DNA of 64,000 bases from Podarcis pityusensis (lineage: Eukaryota). Position 1 is the stretch's first letter; every line of letters begins with the position of its first letter. Positions 1 through 12,496 of this stretch are shown piece after piece. The stretch lies in the NCBI GenBank assembly GCA_964106645.2, contig OZ067039.1; one strand, 5' to 3'. Below the pieces are notes generated by a model. That model was not told the origin of the DNA. It searched no databases and was given only the letters and a program-made list of their open reading frames with translations. The translations under genes were made by a program, and so were the position numbers.

Positions 1-1737
1 AACATTATCTGAACTGCAGATTCCCATTTATCAGAGAGACTTTTTTAACAATCTTCAGGCTCAATTATCATAGTACCCAAGGAAGCAAAGTACCTTGGGT
101 TGGGCTATTGACCCTGGGAAGGTTGTGACTAGTCTGTTTACTCTGCTTGATGCAAAGTAGGGTATATTCCTCTGCAAGCAATGTATGGTATGAGAAGCTA
201 CAGAACCCATACAAATAAAAGGAGTTTGAACTGATAGTTTAACTTAATGTCAAGGATGTACAGAGGTTTGCTGTGTGTGCTGCTAAATTCCTAAGGTTTA
301 AGCATCTTTCTGAAGATCTCTTTCTCAGCCTCAGAATTAAGTTTCCTGCTTTCATCTGTCTTTATAATACTATTTTATTTGTTTTGTTGCCTGCGTAATA
401 GTAGTCAGCGACAGTTCCACCTTAGGAAAGGAATGACCAAACCTCTTTTGGTAGTGGGAAGACATACAACAAGAAAACCAAAAGGCTCTCTTCTCACAAG
501 GAAACTGACCCAATCATTTTGCTTTTTACTATTTCGGGAAGTGGGCAGGACTGCTGGTTTATGGGTAACAACACTAAATTCCCCGGAAACACAGCTCTGA
601 AAAGCCTGACTCACATTTCAAAGCATTGTGCTGGTCTCCTGCTCAGGTGATTGAAGACTACTGTGAATGTAAAGAGACACCTTCAGTCCAAGAAAGATTA
701 CTGTGTGTGCAAATGTCATTGGCAGCATTAGGATTTATACAGATGCATTTAGATGCATTTAGGTTTCAGAGCCTTAATTCGTATTAGTCACTTTGGGAGT
801 GTTCTGACTGTAATATTCAATAAATCTCATTTCTAGATACATAGTGTCCCTTGAGCAGCAATGTGATCAGAACTGTACATTCCCGAACCTTTTGGAGCCA
901 TTCCATTTAAGACTAAATCGCAAAGTGGCACATTACATCAGCTGACTGCAGGTTTTATTACCCCATTCTGTAATTTAACCCAAGGGGTCCAGCATTCTTT
1001 GGAAACAATCAGCTCTTTTAAAAATAGAAACATACAAGTCATTGATGTGGTGCCAAAAATATCCAGCCTTAGTTCGTGACACAAACACCATTCACTGCAT
1101 TAAATTATTCTCCCTCAACTACAAAACAAAGAAAGAATACACTGGCTTCCTTTATGCCATTAATTAAAAAAAAAAAAAAAACGTTTTCCTGGCTTGCATC
1201 TCTCTTGCAAAACACAACAACAACAGCAAATGCAACACATTTTCTTAATTAGCCTTAAGTTTTTCCAAATTTAATATTTAAAACATTTAAATAATGAACG
1301 GCTGTAGTGCACAGGCCATTTTCTGAAGGTTGCCTCATCAAGGCATTCAGGCATCTGGCCTGGTCGGGTGAAGATTATGTTATGGCTATGTAAAACTAAA
1401 TTATCAAACAATATTGCCAACAATGTCAATCTGGACTCTGTTATACCTGCAGAGTCAACAACTACAGCAAAATTTAAAAAGTGCAGCAGAGACGCCATGG
1501 TAGATCAAAATGGGTGACTGTGTCATTTCTGTGCAAACTGCTTGGAATTTTGTGCTAGGTTTCCCTCATGCTAAGTGAGAATCTGGTGTATTGAGTTATG
1601 ATAATATTATGAATTTACAGGGTGCCTTAAATTATTGGGTCTAGTAGGTATCAGAATTGAATCAATGCTTGGAGTATTCACCTGGTGACAGACGCTGGAT
1701 TTAGTGAAGTATTAAAATACGGGAAGAAACAGCTTCC

Positions 1738-2178
1738 TGTGTTCAGGAATTGTCTGGGAGATTAGCCATTAACCAAAGACAAAGGAAAGGTAATGGGCCA
1801 TTAGGAAAGTCAGAGAGAGGGACCCTCCTCCAGCTCTGAGCTTCTTAGCAGGATAAATGCGAGTTTTGAAGGAGAGCAGTTACTTAGGATTGCAGTTGGC
1901 TGGGATGTGAACTCAGGGGAAAAGGTGACACTGTTAAATGCAGCAAGATAGAAGCAGAGAAAGAGCTGTGACTGGTGCCTGTTTAAATCCAAGGCTGCTG
2001 TGGCTATGGGAGAAGCAGAACTCTCTTGGAGTGTTAATGCTGTGAGCCCCTCCATCACAGGCCCAGGTTGCATATATGTGTAAATAAACCATATGTCGTA
2101 AAGACACCCCAAGCTCCAAGCACCCAGGCACGATGGGTCTGTGTTTCCTTTTGGAAAATGAGAGGGGGCATGACTACA
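1738..2178 (+). mobile_element. Solo LTR (441 bp)
   Basis: TG...CA ends, imperfect terminal inverted repeats (TGTGTTCA/TGACTACA), 4-bp TSD TTCC (1734-1737, 2179-2182), internal AATAAA (~2082). Confidence 0.7.
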
Positions 2179-2688
2179 TTCCAGCCAGAAGGCATTTATG
2201 TATATCCTAGCTGGATGTTAGAGAGGGTTGCTGAATGAAAGGTGAGCAGCTAGGTAAGAGATAGCGGGAAGTTGAGAAGAGAGGGTAGGGGCAAGGTAAT
2301 TCAAAAAGCTAGGCACTGCAAAGAACTAGTAAAGAGAGATTTAAGAGACTGGAGATTTGGCTAGGGAAACATGAGGATGTTAGAATAAAAGGAGAGTGGA
2401 AAGGAACAAGGGCAGGGGAGGAAGGGAACTACTGGTCTGGGGAGCCAAGGGTTAGGCACTTATCAGAAGCCATTAAGGCTGTTCCTCAAGAAATCAAGGC
2501 TTGACATTTGCCGAGTTCTCCAAGTTGCAATGCCTTCATCTGGGATTTTTGACCCAAGTGGCAAGACCTCCACTCCATCTTCCAACTAGGGAGCTTATAG
2601 TTGCTGATCCTTACCATTACAGAACTATTGGACTGAAAATATTTCTTGAGGAGTTCCCAAGTGCTGTAATTAAATTAAATCAAATCAA

Positions 2689-2762
2689 AGAATTGTACAG
2701 TTGGAAGGGAATCTTTTGCTCAAAGAGATTGAGTCTCATGCTCTACCAAATGAGCTATCCCA
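2689..2762 (-). mobile_element. Internally deleted tRNA(Lys)-like SINE with CR1-type tail
   Basis: Reverse complement resembles both ends of the element at 21407-21540. Confidence 0.55.
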
Positions 2763-3239
2763 GCAATTACATTACTGTTACATTTTATTTTATTTCTGTT
2801 TTGTTGTGCCCTGGGCTTTGGGCTCATTATGAGGAAGGGTGAGAAGGAAATATTTTCAAATAAATGACAAAATAAATAAAGTATTAGTCTTAAAATAATT
2901 TAAAGTCTTTGACAAATGCACGTTTCAGGACTTTTCACACTCGTATGCATGCAAACTTCATGCAAATAATTTACTAAGCCGTTGCTGGAGTCAGGTCTAA
3001 AAGCATGACGACATACCAGTATTCCCAAGTTTCAACATTACATTGCATTATTCTCCATTCCAGGAAGTGAGTCACAATGCATGGATTTATGGATCTAGGA
3101 AAGGGCAGCAGTTGTGTAACATTTTTCCTTAGAACAAACAATTGACCTCATCTCCAGAAACCTGTAGTTTCTAGCCCAAGGTCTGTGTTTCAACAAGTTA
3201 AAACTATAAAACTATTCTTTTGGAAGTTTTCACAAACCT

Positions 3240-3600
3240 TTTTTGTTTTTGCGACCCTACACAATTTGGTGGCATGATCAAGCCTGGTCACTTTATTGCT
3301 CGCCTTCAAGTCATTTATGAACATGTTAAAGGCACATGTCCCAAAGCTGATCATTTTGGAACCCTACTGCTTACACTCCTCCATTGTGCTAACTGTCCAT
3401 TTATCCCCACTCTCTGTTTCCTCTTCCTTGTCCTCTTATGGATCATTAACCAGTTATCTCTATTTATTCCATGACTATTATTCATGAATCTTTGGGAAGG
3501 GACCTTATTGAAAGCCTAAGTACACAGTGTCTACTGAATCACCCCTATCCATATGCTTAATGACACAAAAGTTTAGCTAAGACAGGATTTACCATTAAAT
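3240..3600 (-). mobile_element. CR1 LINE reverse-transcriptase fragment (decayed)
   Basis: Minus strand resembles the CR1 ORF2 region around PQGSVLGP.LFNIFINDL, with frameshifts. Confidence 0.7.
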
Positions 3601-4009
3601 GGCATTTAATCTAGGTTTCTGGTTACAGTTTACTGTGGCACCTCAAACCTGCCTTGCTAGAGCAAAGCTAAAAACTAATCTTCTACAGGTTTAACACTCC
3701 AAGTTTCAGCTCCTGAGCTGTAAGTTACCTATCTTGGTTCTGGCTGTAGGAGGTGCTTACCTCTTTTGGATCTAACTCTTAGCACACAATGCCTTTGCTG
3801 TGTGCTTGTTAGTTTTAGCAAATGCTTTCTGCTTTCTCACCCCTTCCTGGATATGCCTAGGACTGAACATGTGACTTTCTACATGCAAAGTGCTTAGTCT
3901 GTCACTAAGTACTGCACCTCCCTTGAACGGTTCATACTGCAGGTGGGGGAATCCTTTTTTTAAAAAAAAAAATCCCCTATGGAAAGCCTCAATGCCGAAG
4001 GAAAACTAG

Positions 4010-4560
4010 GAACATAGAGAGCTGCCTTATACAAAGTCAGAGCATTGGTTCATCTAGCTCAGTAGTGTTCACATTAGCACAACAGGGAGGGGGCTGTGGC
4101 ACAACCTTTCTCCTAAGTAGTAGTCTTTCATTTGCAGAGTGTTTAGGCAAAAATGTTCTTCACTTCTGCAGTGCAGGAACTGCAGCCTGAATCGATAACA
4201 GTCCACTCTGCCACCTCAAAATCCTGTGACGCCATTGTTGTATGTATGCAACAGCCATCACAGATAGCACAGCTGGGGAAAAGATCTCACTTAAGGCATC
4301 ATAGCATTGCTGCTGGAGTCAACAATATTGATAGACCAAATTTCTGATTTTGCCTAAGGCTGCTTAATATGCTCCTAAATGCTGTAAGCCAGGACTGCAA
4401 GAAGCTGCCCTATACCTGAGTCAGAAACATTGTCCATCTAGCTGAGTACTATCTTACCCTGACCAGCAGCAACTGAAACATGGTTTCAACCAGGTCTTTC
4501 ACAGCCCTATTTGGAGGGTACCAAACTGCCGTGTGAGGGCAGGGACCTCTGAAATGTGGG
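4010..4560 (-). mobile_element. Two decayed Squam3-like SINE fragments (~4010-4140 and ~4400-4560)
   Basis: Both carry the motif agctgcc.tatac..agtcaga...att.gt.catctagct.agta. Confidence 0.5.
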
Positions 4561-4799
4561 CTGGAAGCCTTTTAAATATGCAAATGACTAAACAATTATT
4601 TTAACTAGTGTGCAACTGGATATTTTAATTTCGTTTTTAACATGTTATTACATACTCCAAGCCTCCAGAGTAGGGGGCAGAAGATATATTTAAATAAATG
4701 AATACAATAGCGAGCAGACTCCTGTCTACCTCCGATGCTAATGAAAGCCAGGGTCTGTCGTACAATCCTAAGATGTAGGCCATGTGGTTAAAATTATAT

Positions 4800-5990
4800 A
4801 TATAAGAAGAGGCGACCATTTTGCAATCAATTCCTGAAGCCGGTTTAGAAGGGACGGCGGCCTCTGAACAAACCGCCAAAACCAGCTTGCCGCCGCTCTT
4901 CCTTATCATATCACACACGCACACCTATGAACCGCGCTAAGGCTCCTGCGCATGCCCAGGGTCTTCCCGGTCAAGGGTGACGAACCTCTTTCTTCCCGAA
5001 CTTGCCAGAAATAAAGATGGCGCTTGCTACAGCCTTCCCGCGTAGCCTTGCGGGAAGAATAGGAGCTGAGGCTGATGCCCCCATTAAATAGGGCCGGTTA
5101 AGGAAGTCCCGCCTCCCATACAAACCTATACAGTATATTATTTTCTCGGGTGGGTGACCTCCGCGTGCCCCAAGGCGGAAGGTGGAACTTCCTGTTCCGA
5201 TCCGGGCGAGGACGCTAGCGTGGGCTGGGAAACAACCAGGTGGTCGGCTTCGTTGAGCGCGTTGTCCGGAGAGGCTGCGCCTCATCGCTGTGTAGGGACT
5301 TGTGGGCGGGAGGCCGCGCGCGCAGTGGGACGGGGTGAAAACGGAGGCCGGAGCTGAGGGAGAAGAAGCGGCGAGAAGCAGCAGCAGCAGGAGGCGACGA
5401 CGACGACCGCCCGCTCGCCTTGCCGGAAACCAAAACGGAGGGGCCATTGGCTGGGGGATGGAAGCGGAGAAAATGGATGAGAATGAATGGCGATACCACG
5501 GGGAAGGCAACAAGAGCCTCGTCGTCTCCCACAGACAGGTAAAAAAGAAAAAAGGCGCCGGCCGCCTCTTGCCTCGCGCGCGTCTGAAGTTAGCTGCCAA
5601 CCGCTCTCCTGAGTCTCGTGCTTAACGGTTTGGGCTTTTTTCTTCCTTTTTTGAAAAAACCCCCCCCAAAACCCCAACCCCCACCCCCGCCTTCCACCCT
5701 TAACGGAAATTTTGGCCGGTCAGTTAGAGGGGGGCGGGGAAGGAGGGAACTGAAGGCCCGTCAGTTCCTTCCGCTTCGCCTCTTCAGGGCTCCCTCCGCT
5801 GCTCCCCGCTTCCCTTGCCTCGGAAGAGGTGCCCGGGGGAGGCGGGGAGGGGAGGGGAGGGAGGACACCCCCGCGGAAAGCTCGCCTTTCTCCTTCATGA
5901 GCGGGTGAGCGAAGTGGTCCAACAGCCTCTCCTCCTCCTCCTCCTCCTCCTCCTCCTCTCGCTCCCCTCAGAAGCATAACGGTAAAATCT
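4800..5990 (+). promoter_or_regulatory. CpG-island promoter of IPPK
   Basis: Sharp rise in GC/CpG around exon 1; YY1-like AAGATGGCG (5014-5022), NRF1-like TGCGCATGC (4947-4955), GC-box CCCGCCTCC (~5108), ETS GGAAG cores. Confidence 0.85.
5458..5538 (+). CDS. IPPK: IPPK exon 1 (MEAEKMDENEWRYHGEGNKSLVVSHRQ)
   Basis: ATG at 5458 (GGGATGG context), glycine-rich GEGNKS loop, donor CAG|GTAAAA. Confidence 0.97.
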
Positions 5991-6794
5991 GACGCTCCTT
6001 ATTTCTCTCTCCGTGACACTTTTTTGGGGGGGAGTGGGGGGACATAAAACATTTTTATACCGCTTTCGCTAAGCTAACAGACTTTGAAAGAAGTTGGTAT
6101 CTTAAAGTATAACAACAAAAAACTGTGTCGAGACAACGAACTCTAATCGCAGTTGATCAGCAAATCAGATCTTCGGTTTTTTTGTGGGGAGGGGAGTAAG
6201 TTTTGGAAACTCCCCTCATGTATAGGGAAACTCACTGTGTACATGAAAGATATATAGCTAAAGGCTCCATCCCTGCCAAAATGGGTGCCATCCCCGATTT
6301 GTGTGCCGGAGAAGCATCGTTTTATTGGATGCCCATGGTCCTTAATCTATGCCTTAATGTGTGTTGCGTTGTGATAATTCAAGCTGAGTGACTTTCTTTT
6401 TCAGTGCTGAAAAGGGCTTGGGGGAGGAGAAAGAGTATTAAAAGCAAGTTATCTTAAAGCTGACTGGAAAGGGCCTGAGTCATGGTTGTGGAGCAGATCT
6501 TACACCTCTGACAAAATAAGTGGGGGAAATGGCTATGATGTCCTGGGAGGAAGGCTGTTCACTGCACCATGGCAGGAGGAAAAATTCCAAAATGGTGCAA
6601 GTCACTATTTAAAAGTGCTGGTGTGTTTAACACAGATGTCTTCTTTCTTCACACATCAAATGTAGTACATTTTATGAAATGGCAGACTTGTTTTCTAGGA
6701 AGGTGTAATCTAATGAAAGCTCTGTGCTAATTGAAATTTTTTTCGTTGTGTTTCGTCTATTGATTCCCTCCTCCAGTGACAACTAATGTAGTAT

Positions 6795-6930
6795 AGACCA
6801 GGAGACTCATATTAGAATCCGTGCTCAATCACAAACCTTGCTCTCAGCCTAACTTAACCTCACAAGGTGGTTATGAGGATAATAAGGGGGTATGTGCTTC
6901 TTGGAGTGGAATAAAAATGTACATGTGATT
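6795..6930 (+). mobile_element. MIR/CORE-like SINE remnant
   Basis: ctctcagcctaacttaacctcacaaggtggttatgaggataa core. Confidence 0.45.
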
Positions 6931-7381
6931 ATTAATATTATAGCATTATGGTACCTTTTTTGGGACCAACCAAGAATGTCACAAAAACATGACAGGCTTT
7001 CAAATTCTCCAGAACCTTTCCTCAGGCAAAATTTTGCACAAAGCAGGGGAAAGGGTGATGAGGAAGAGGAAGCAACTTGAAAGAAATTAGGCTGATACAG
7101 CCATGAGGTTAGTTTATAGACTTGGTTTCAAGATTAATATTGCAGGATGAAAATGTCCCTCACATGTGCTGCTGTGATATATATACTTAGGGTTCTGGGG
7201 AAAAGAAGCAATGGCTGCTTTCCATCTCTGAGAAATTGAAGTCTGGCTTGTAACTTCAGGTTGATAAATAAGAATCTAAGCATCCTTTGTCTCCCATTAT
7301 TTGGCACAACCATAACCATCTGTTTTAGTGCTCCTAAAAGAAAGTTGAATGATGCTGTTGCTGACTTGATACTGAATATAT

Positions 7382-8080
7382 ATGGTGTGTACTGGGTTTT
7401 AGGGGAGGGGTAGTACCTCCCCTCATCATGCTTCTTTTGGAGTAGTTTGTTCACCTTTGGTCCCCACCTTGCACTCAGCTCTCACCAGTGACTCCTAGAC
7501 TCTGCCAGCTCAGCATGCAACAGCAGCCATACCTGAGGTAATGGCTTTGACTAGTTGGCTAAACCAGGTGAGGGTAGCTAATGGATCTCAAAACCTTGGT
7601 GACTTAGGAACGTCTCCTGTATGCAGACACTTTCCAGCAGATTGAGTGGATGAAACCAATAGCGGGCCCAATGGCCAAGAAGGTGGTTTCTGTATGTGCT
7701 GTAGAGGGAAGTGAGGGACAGATGGGGCTCATCAACATGGGAAGGTATCCCATCTAGGAGAAGGAAAACTGATCCCAAATTTCCTCTGCCTTGAGGGATA
7801 TCTTCTGGAGAAGAAATCTGGAGTGGAGTCCTTAAGGCGCTTAGATTGTGCCTTGTACACCTTCTGGCAGCTCCCACAGCCAAGCTGGTGTCAAACATAT
7901 TGCTCTGCTTTCCTTTGGACCACATCATTATGCCGAGAGGGTATTGTTGTCTGGGCAGCCCAAGATTTCCATATACACTGTCCAGGCTTGTGCCCCAAGG
8001 TCACGCTGGTGCTGCTACAGCAGCATTTTGACTTCACCCCCAGAGGTGTACCCCATTGTCTCTTGAAACAGATGCCAACA
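7382..8080 (+). mobile_element. Apparently full-length non-autonomous RTE-type retroposon (699 bp)
   Basis: 11-bp TSD ACTGAATATAT (7371-7381, 8081-8091); 3' end ATTGTCTCTTGAAACAGATGCCAAC; a 3'-end fragment of the same family lies inverted at ~52118-52175. Confidence 0.7.
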
Positions 8081-11000
8081 ACTGAATATATTTACCTGCC
8101 TGTTAAAGAATTAGAAATGTGACTTGTGCAAGTAATTAATCCCTGAAACATGGGTCCAGTGCAAATGTAACTCTGCCCAGTTGCCTAATTCCTCCCTCAT
8201 CTCTTTAACTTTCAAAGCTAATTGTGGTTAGCATTACAACTAAAGTGGCATTTTCAATTTTAATTATTGTCAACAAATCAGTTAATTTTTTTGAAATCAT
8301 GGTTGCAAACTGTGGTTAGCATTAGCTTTATTGTAAATGTAATGCTCATCATAGTTTGTTCAAAAAACAAAGAAGGGGAAATACCTTCGTGAGAGGAGAT
8401 AAATTCATGTGCCTGCATCAGGGATGGGGAACCTTTGGTCCATGGGCCTAATTTGGCTTGCCAAGCCTGCCCACTTGGTCCATGAGGCAGTTTTGGCCAA
8501 GCCATGTTTGCCCTATGCCTGGCATGTTTGATATCAGATGTGGGGCTTGGACAAAAGGGGCTGATGCCTGCAAAGCCCTTTGTGCAGTGCCTCTGAGTAA
8601 CTATTTTAGTTATTTTTTTGCTCCTCCATTGGCAGGGGTAGAAAAAAGGAAACAGGTGTGCGAAGAATTGTATATTTGCACGGTATTCCGTGAAATATTC
8701 TGTCCCTTGCTGATCCTGTTCTTCTTCTCTTTGTAACAGAGCTTGAACATGCACACGGAAAAGGTCTGAGCAGGTTCTGCTGCTTTTTCCTTTTGTGCGC
8801 AAAGTTTATTGATCTGCCCTGTGCTGTTCTCACCCAAGTCTCGGTGTATATAATATGCTGAGCTAGTTTTGGTGCAGTGCTTGATGTTCAGCATAGTTGC
8901 ATCTCTCTGTTCCCAGCATTTGGATAAGCTGAAGAAACTAGTTACTAGGATATGAGGCTCGTATCTTTTTCTGTGGTGCCAAGATACTTGCATGTGATAC
9001 CTAAATACAGTTGGATTTTCAGTTAACAAAAGTAATAGCAACAGGGCTGAAAATATACTAGTTTGTGGTAGCTTAGCATAACCAAATGCATGTTCACGCA
9101 TAATGGTGCATATGTGTGTCCTTGTCAGTTTCAGCATCAGTTGAACAGCAGTGTGTACTAAAATCTGACATACAACAGGACATTTGGAGTAGTAAGGCAT
9201 TCAGTGATTATTGTGTTTAGAAATAATGCTAAGCCATGAAGTTCAGTTTGTGCAACTCTGCTGTGCAGACAACTTTTCAGTGTCGAAGCTAGAACTTGGG
9301 GCTTGTTATCAGCTTCCTGAACATGTTTTGTTTAGGAGAAATAAAGTGTGAATACTGTATTTACAGCATATCACAGAAAGTACTTAGGCACTTCCCTTAA
9401 GCAACTGGTTACATAAATATTGTGGGAACTGTGGGATGCTTGCTGGAACATGCATAAGACTGCATGTAAGGACTTATAGCACAGCTACTTCCACAACATG
9501 GTTAATATAATCACAATAAACAGTTGGTATTTATTTTTGACTAGTGAAGTCATGATAAAACTGAAGTAGCTCAGTTCCCTTGTGTTGACCAACAAATATT
9601 TTCCCTTGACCAACAAATATTTCCTCCCGCACCTTAATTGCCTGACAGAACAATGGGACTTGCAAAAGCATTTTTGTATTCCATTTTGGAAAATGATGTT
9701 TTTGAACTGGGGGCTGGGGCTGCACAGTTTTCTTAATCCAGTTATATTCACATGTTTCCAATACATTGTTAGACACAGAATTCAATTGTTAAATCTGTCT
9801 TTTTCAAAAGCAGGTCACACTAAATCTCAGAAAGAAATCTTTCTTTCACTGTTGAAAATAAATGTTCACTTAATTTATAGTATTGTGACTATATGGTAGC
9901 TACAGCTTTCTGACAAACTCCTATTTACTTCAATAATTTGAAAAATCCTTTTTTAGTAAGATGAACCTACGGAAAATGTGAGGGACGTGCTAGTAAGCTT
10001 ACAATAATAGAAATATTCAGGCAAGCATTTTACTTCCATGTAAGCAAATATGCAAGGGAGAGTTTCGGTGTTCTGCCAAGCCCTGCCCTCCTCTGTACAT
10101 CACTTTCACCCTGTTTACAGCCTTGCTTGTGGAGGGCTGTAATCATGTTGAAAGTTAAACAGATTTTTGACTTGATCAGTGTCATTGTAACCACATATAA
10201 TGTAGAAGCAACTGATACTAATCTTATTAAAATCTTGAGTCTGTTGTTAACCCTATAAATTATTTTTAAGAACCAAATTCCCCTGTAGTGCTACATAGTA
10301 CTAGTCAGAGTCCAATACCATTCATTAAATACTCATTTTTGCCTTTGTTATTTTGGAAACAAGGACAGTATAATAAACTAAGTTTCCCCAGAGACCATAT
10401 GTAATGAATTAAGAAGCAACTTCACTTCTTGTTGAGAGACAATTTGATGCTGTTTGGTAAATGGGCACCAGAGCTTGAATATATAAACTACTTTAATTGC
10501 TTTTACCCAATGTCTAGGCTTGCTGATTAAATGTTCACAGAACAGGTGGTCTTGAGCATTGCCAGAATTAGTGTTCCCAAGTTAAGGACAAATTATTCTT
10601 GTTGCTTAAAGCTAAGTTAACGCTCCCTTTTATTTTAAGGGGTGCTGCAGTAGAAATGAGTATGAGAGATGTATGCTGTGAAGTCTGCTTTGAGATTTCC
10701 AAGGGAGCAACACCATGTGCCTCACTGTAATAGTTCTCCTACACACAAATAGAACATTTTGAAGAGAGGGCTTCATTACATACGCAGCCACTGCTTGAAG
10801 ATGTTGAGAAATACAAATTGAAGTTGTAGTCTTATTGGACAAGCATATTATCCATTTGTTTGCATCTCTACGATGCCGTGGAAAAACCCATTTCAAACTT
10901 GGTCATCAGAAGTACCAACATCATGTCCCCTCTCCCACACCACCAGAATGATTGGTCCTATTAATCTTGAAAAACCAAGCTCAACTGATCATGTTTTGTA

Positions 11001-11951
11001 TTGCATTCTTGGCACAATGTTAGCCTGAACAAAAGCAAGGGAACAATACACACAGCCCTGCTGGTTTGAATAAAATCTGGATTATCAGCAGTATGGTAAA
11101 CATTTTAACTGTGGCTGACCACAGATGTGGCTTTTGAAAATCCTCCTATTTGGCTGTAAGAAACAGAAGAATTTACTGGAATCTAGTTCTGTTATTGAAA
11201 AGTTCATTTGCTGTGTATTTTGTTCTTGTACTTTTCAGAGTAAATAAGAAAGCAAGTTAGAAAAATAATTTAAACATAAAAGTTCTTGACAAACATGGAA
11301 TATCAGCAGAATGTTACTTAATTGTACAACTTTTAGTCTTACGTTTGTTTTTTAAAAAAAACTTGATTTGATTTCAAGCCTGGCAAATTCAGTGCCATGT
11401 TACTGTAAACAAAGTGAGGAAATCTTTGCTTCCTGTAGCTTTCAAGGAAGTATTGCACATACGCCAGCAAAGGACATAAGGTAAATGAGTTTGAAATAAC
11501 AAAATTCACTTCTAGTGCCTATTTGTGAAATATTTCTATAAGAGCATTTAGCTGGTTTCCGTAACAGCTGACAAACTGTAAGTTTATGAATAGTTGTGTT
11601 TACTGTGTCTCCTTAAGGAGAAAAGCTGTAAAATAGATGTGCATGCAACCTCTGTTGCTATAAAGCATAGAGGGATACATTATTTCTAAAATACCACTTA
11701 TGGACTAAAATAAATGTATTTTGTATTAAAGTAATGATCATTATCTACATATTGAAAATAATGCCTAAAAGGTCTGAGATTTGGAGAATAATACAGGTTG
11801 CACAAATGTGTATTTTTAAAATAATGACTAGGTCTGCAGAACATGTTAAACTTCTGTATTGCCTTTTTTCAAAGTTTGATGTGTATACAAATTCATAAGA
11901 TAACATGTCAACAGACAATAGAAGGATAAAAGAATAAAAAACACAAAATCA

Positions 11952-12496
11952 CTGTATATACTCGAGTATAAGCCGACCCGAATATAAGCCGAGGCACCTA
12001 ATTTTAGGACAAAAAACTGGGAAAACTTATTGACTTGAGTATAAGCCAGTTCACCACACCACAAACCTGGTGGTGACGGCAGCGGAGTAGGAAGAACAAG
12101 CGGCCCGAAAAGGCTGCTTTTGGGCTGCTCGTTCCACCGCTGCTGACAGCGGAAAAGGCGGAGAAGGAGGAAGGAGCAGCCCGAAAGGGCTCCTTTTGGG
12201 CTGCTCGTTCCCCCTCCGCTGCCGCCAATAGCAGCAAAGGCGGAGGAGGAGAAAGGAGCAGCCGCCTGTCCCTCCGCCACCTCCTCTGCCACTTGCAAGA
12301 GCAGGCATAGGAGCCTGGTTGGGAGAGGCGCAGCACAGCGTCTCTACCAGCCGCGGCTCCTGTGCCTGCCCTCCTCCCTCCTGTGCCTGCCCTCGTCCTT
12401 CTGCAGCCACCCGCCTCACTCGAGTATAAGCTGAGGCAGGCTTTTTCAGCATAAAAAATATGCTGAAAAAGTTGGCTTATATTCGAGTATATACAG
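11952..12496. mobile_element. Tc1/Mariner-superfamily (Tc2/pogo-like) MITE
   Basis: TIRs CTGTATATACTCGAGTATAAGCC / GGCTTATATTCGAGTATATACAG, TA (CA) flanks, internal repeats of CGAGTATAAGCC. Confidence 0.85.

Noticed and set aside
4971-5677. Long antisense ORFs (209, 131, 105 aa) over IPPK exon 1
   Set aside because: Typical stop-poor frames of a CpG island; low complexity, no recognisable domain.
8278-9200. 174- and 196-aa minus-strand ORFs in intron 1
   Set aside because: No recognisable homology or splice context; they overlap repeat remnants.
12095-12260. Repeated hairpin units that superficially resemble a CRISPR repeat
   Set aside because: Only two or three units inside a eukaryotic MITE; no spacers or cas genes.
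11846-12452. Three overlapping 110-150-aa ORFs
   Set aside because: They arise from the GC-rich interior of a MITE; no transposase motifs.
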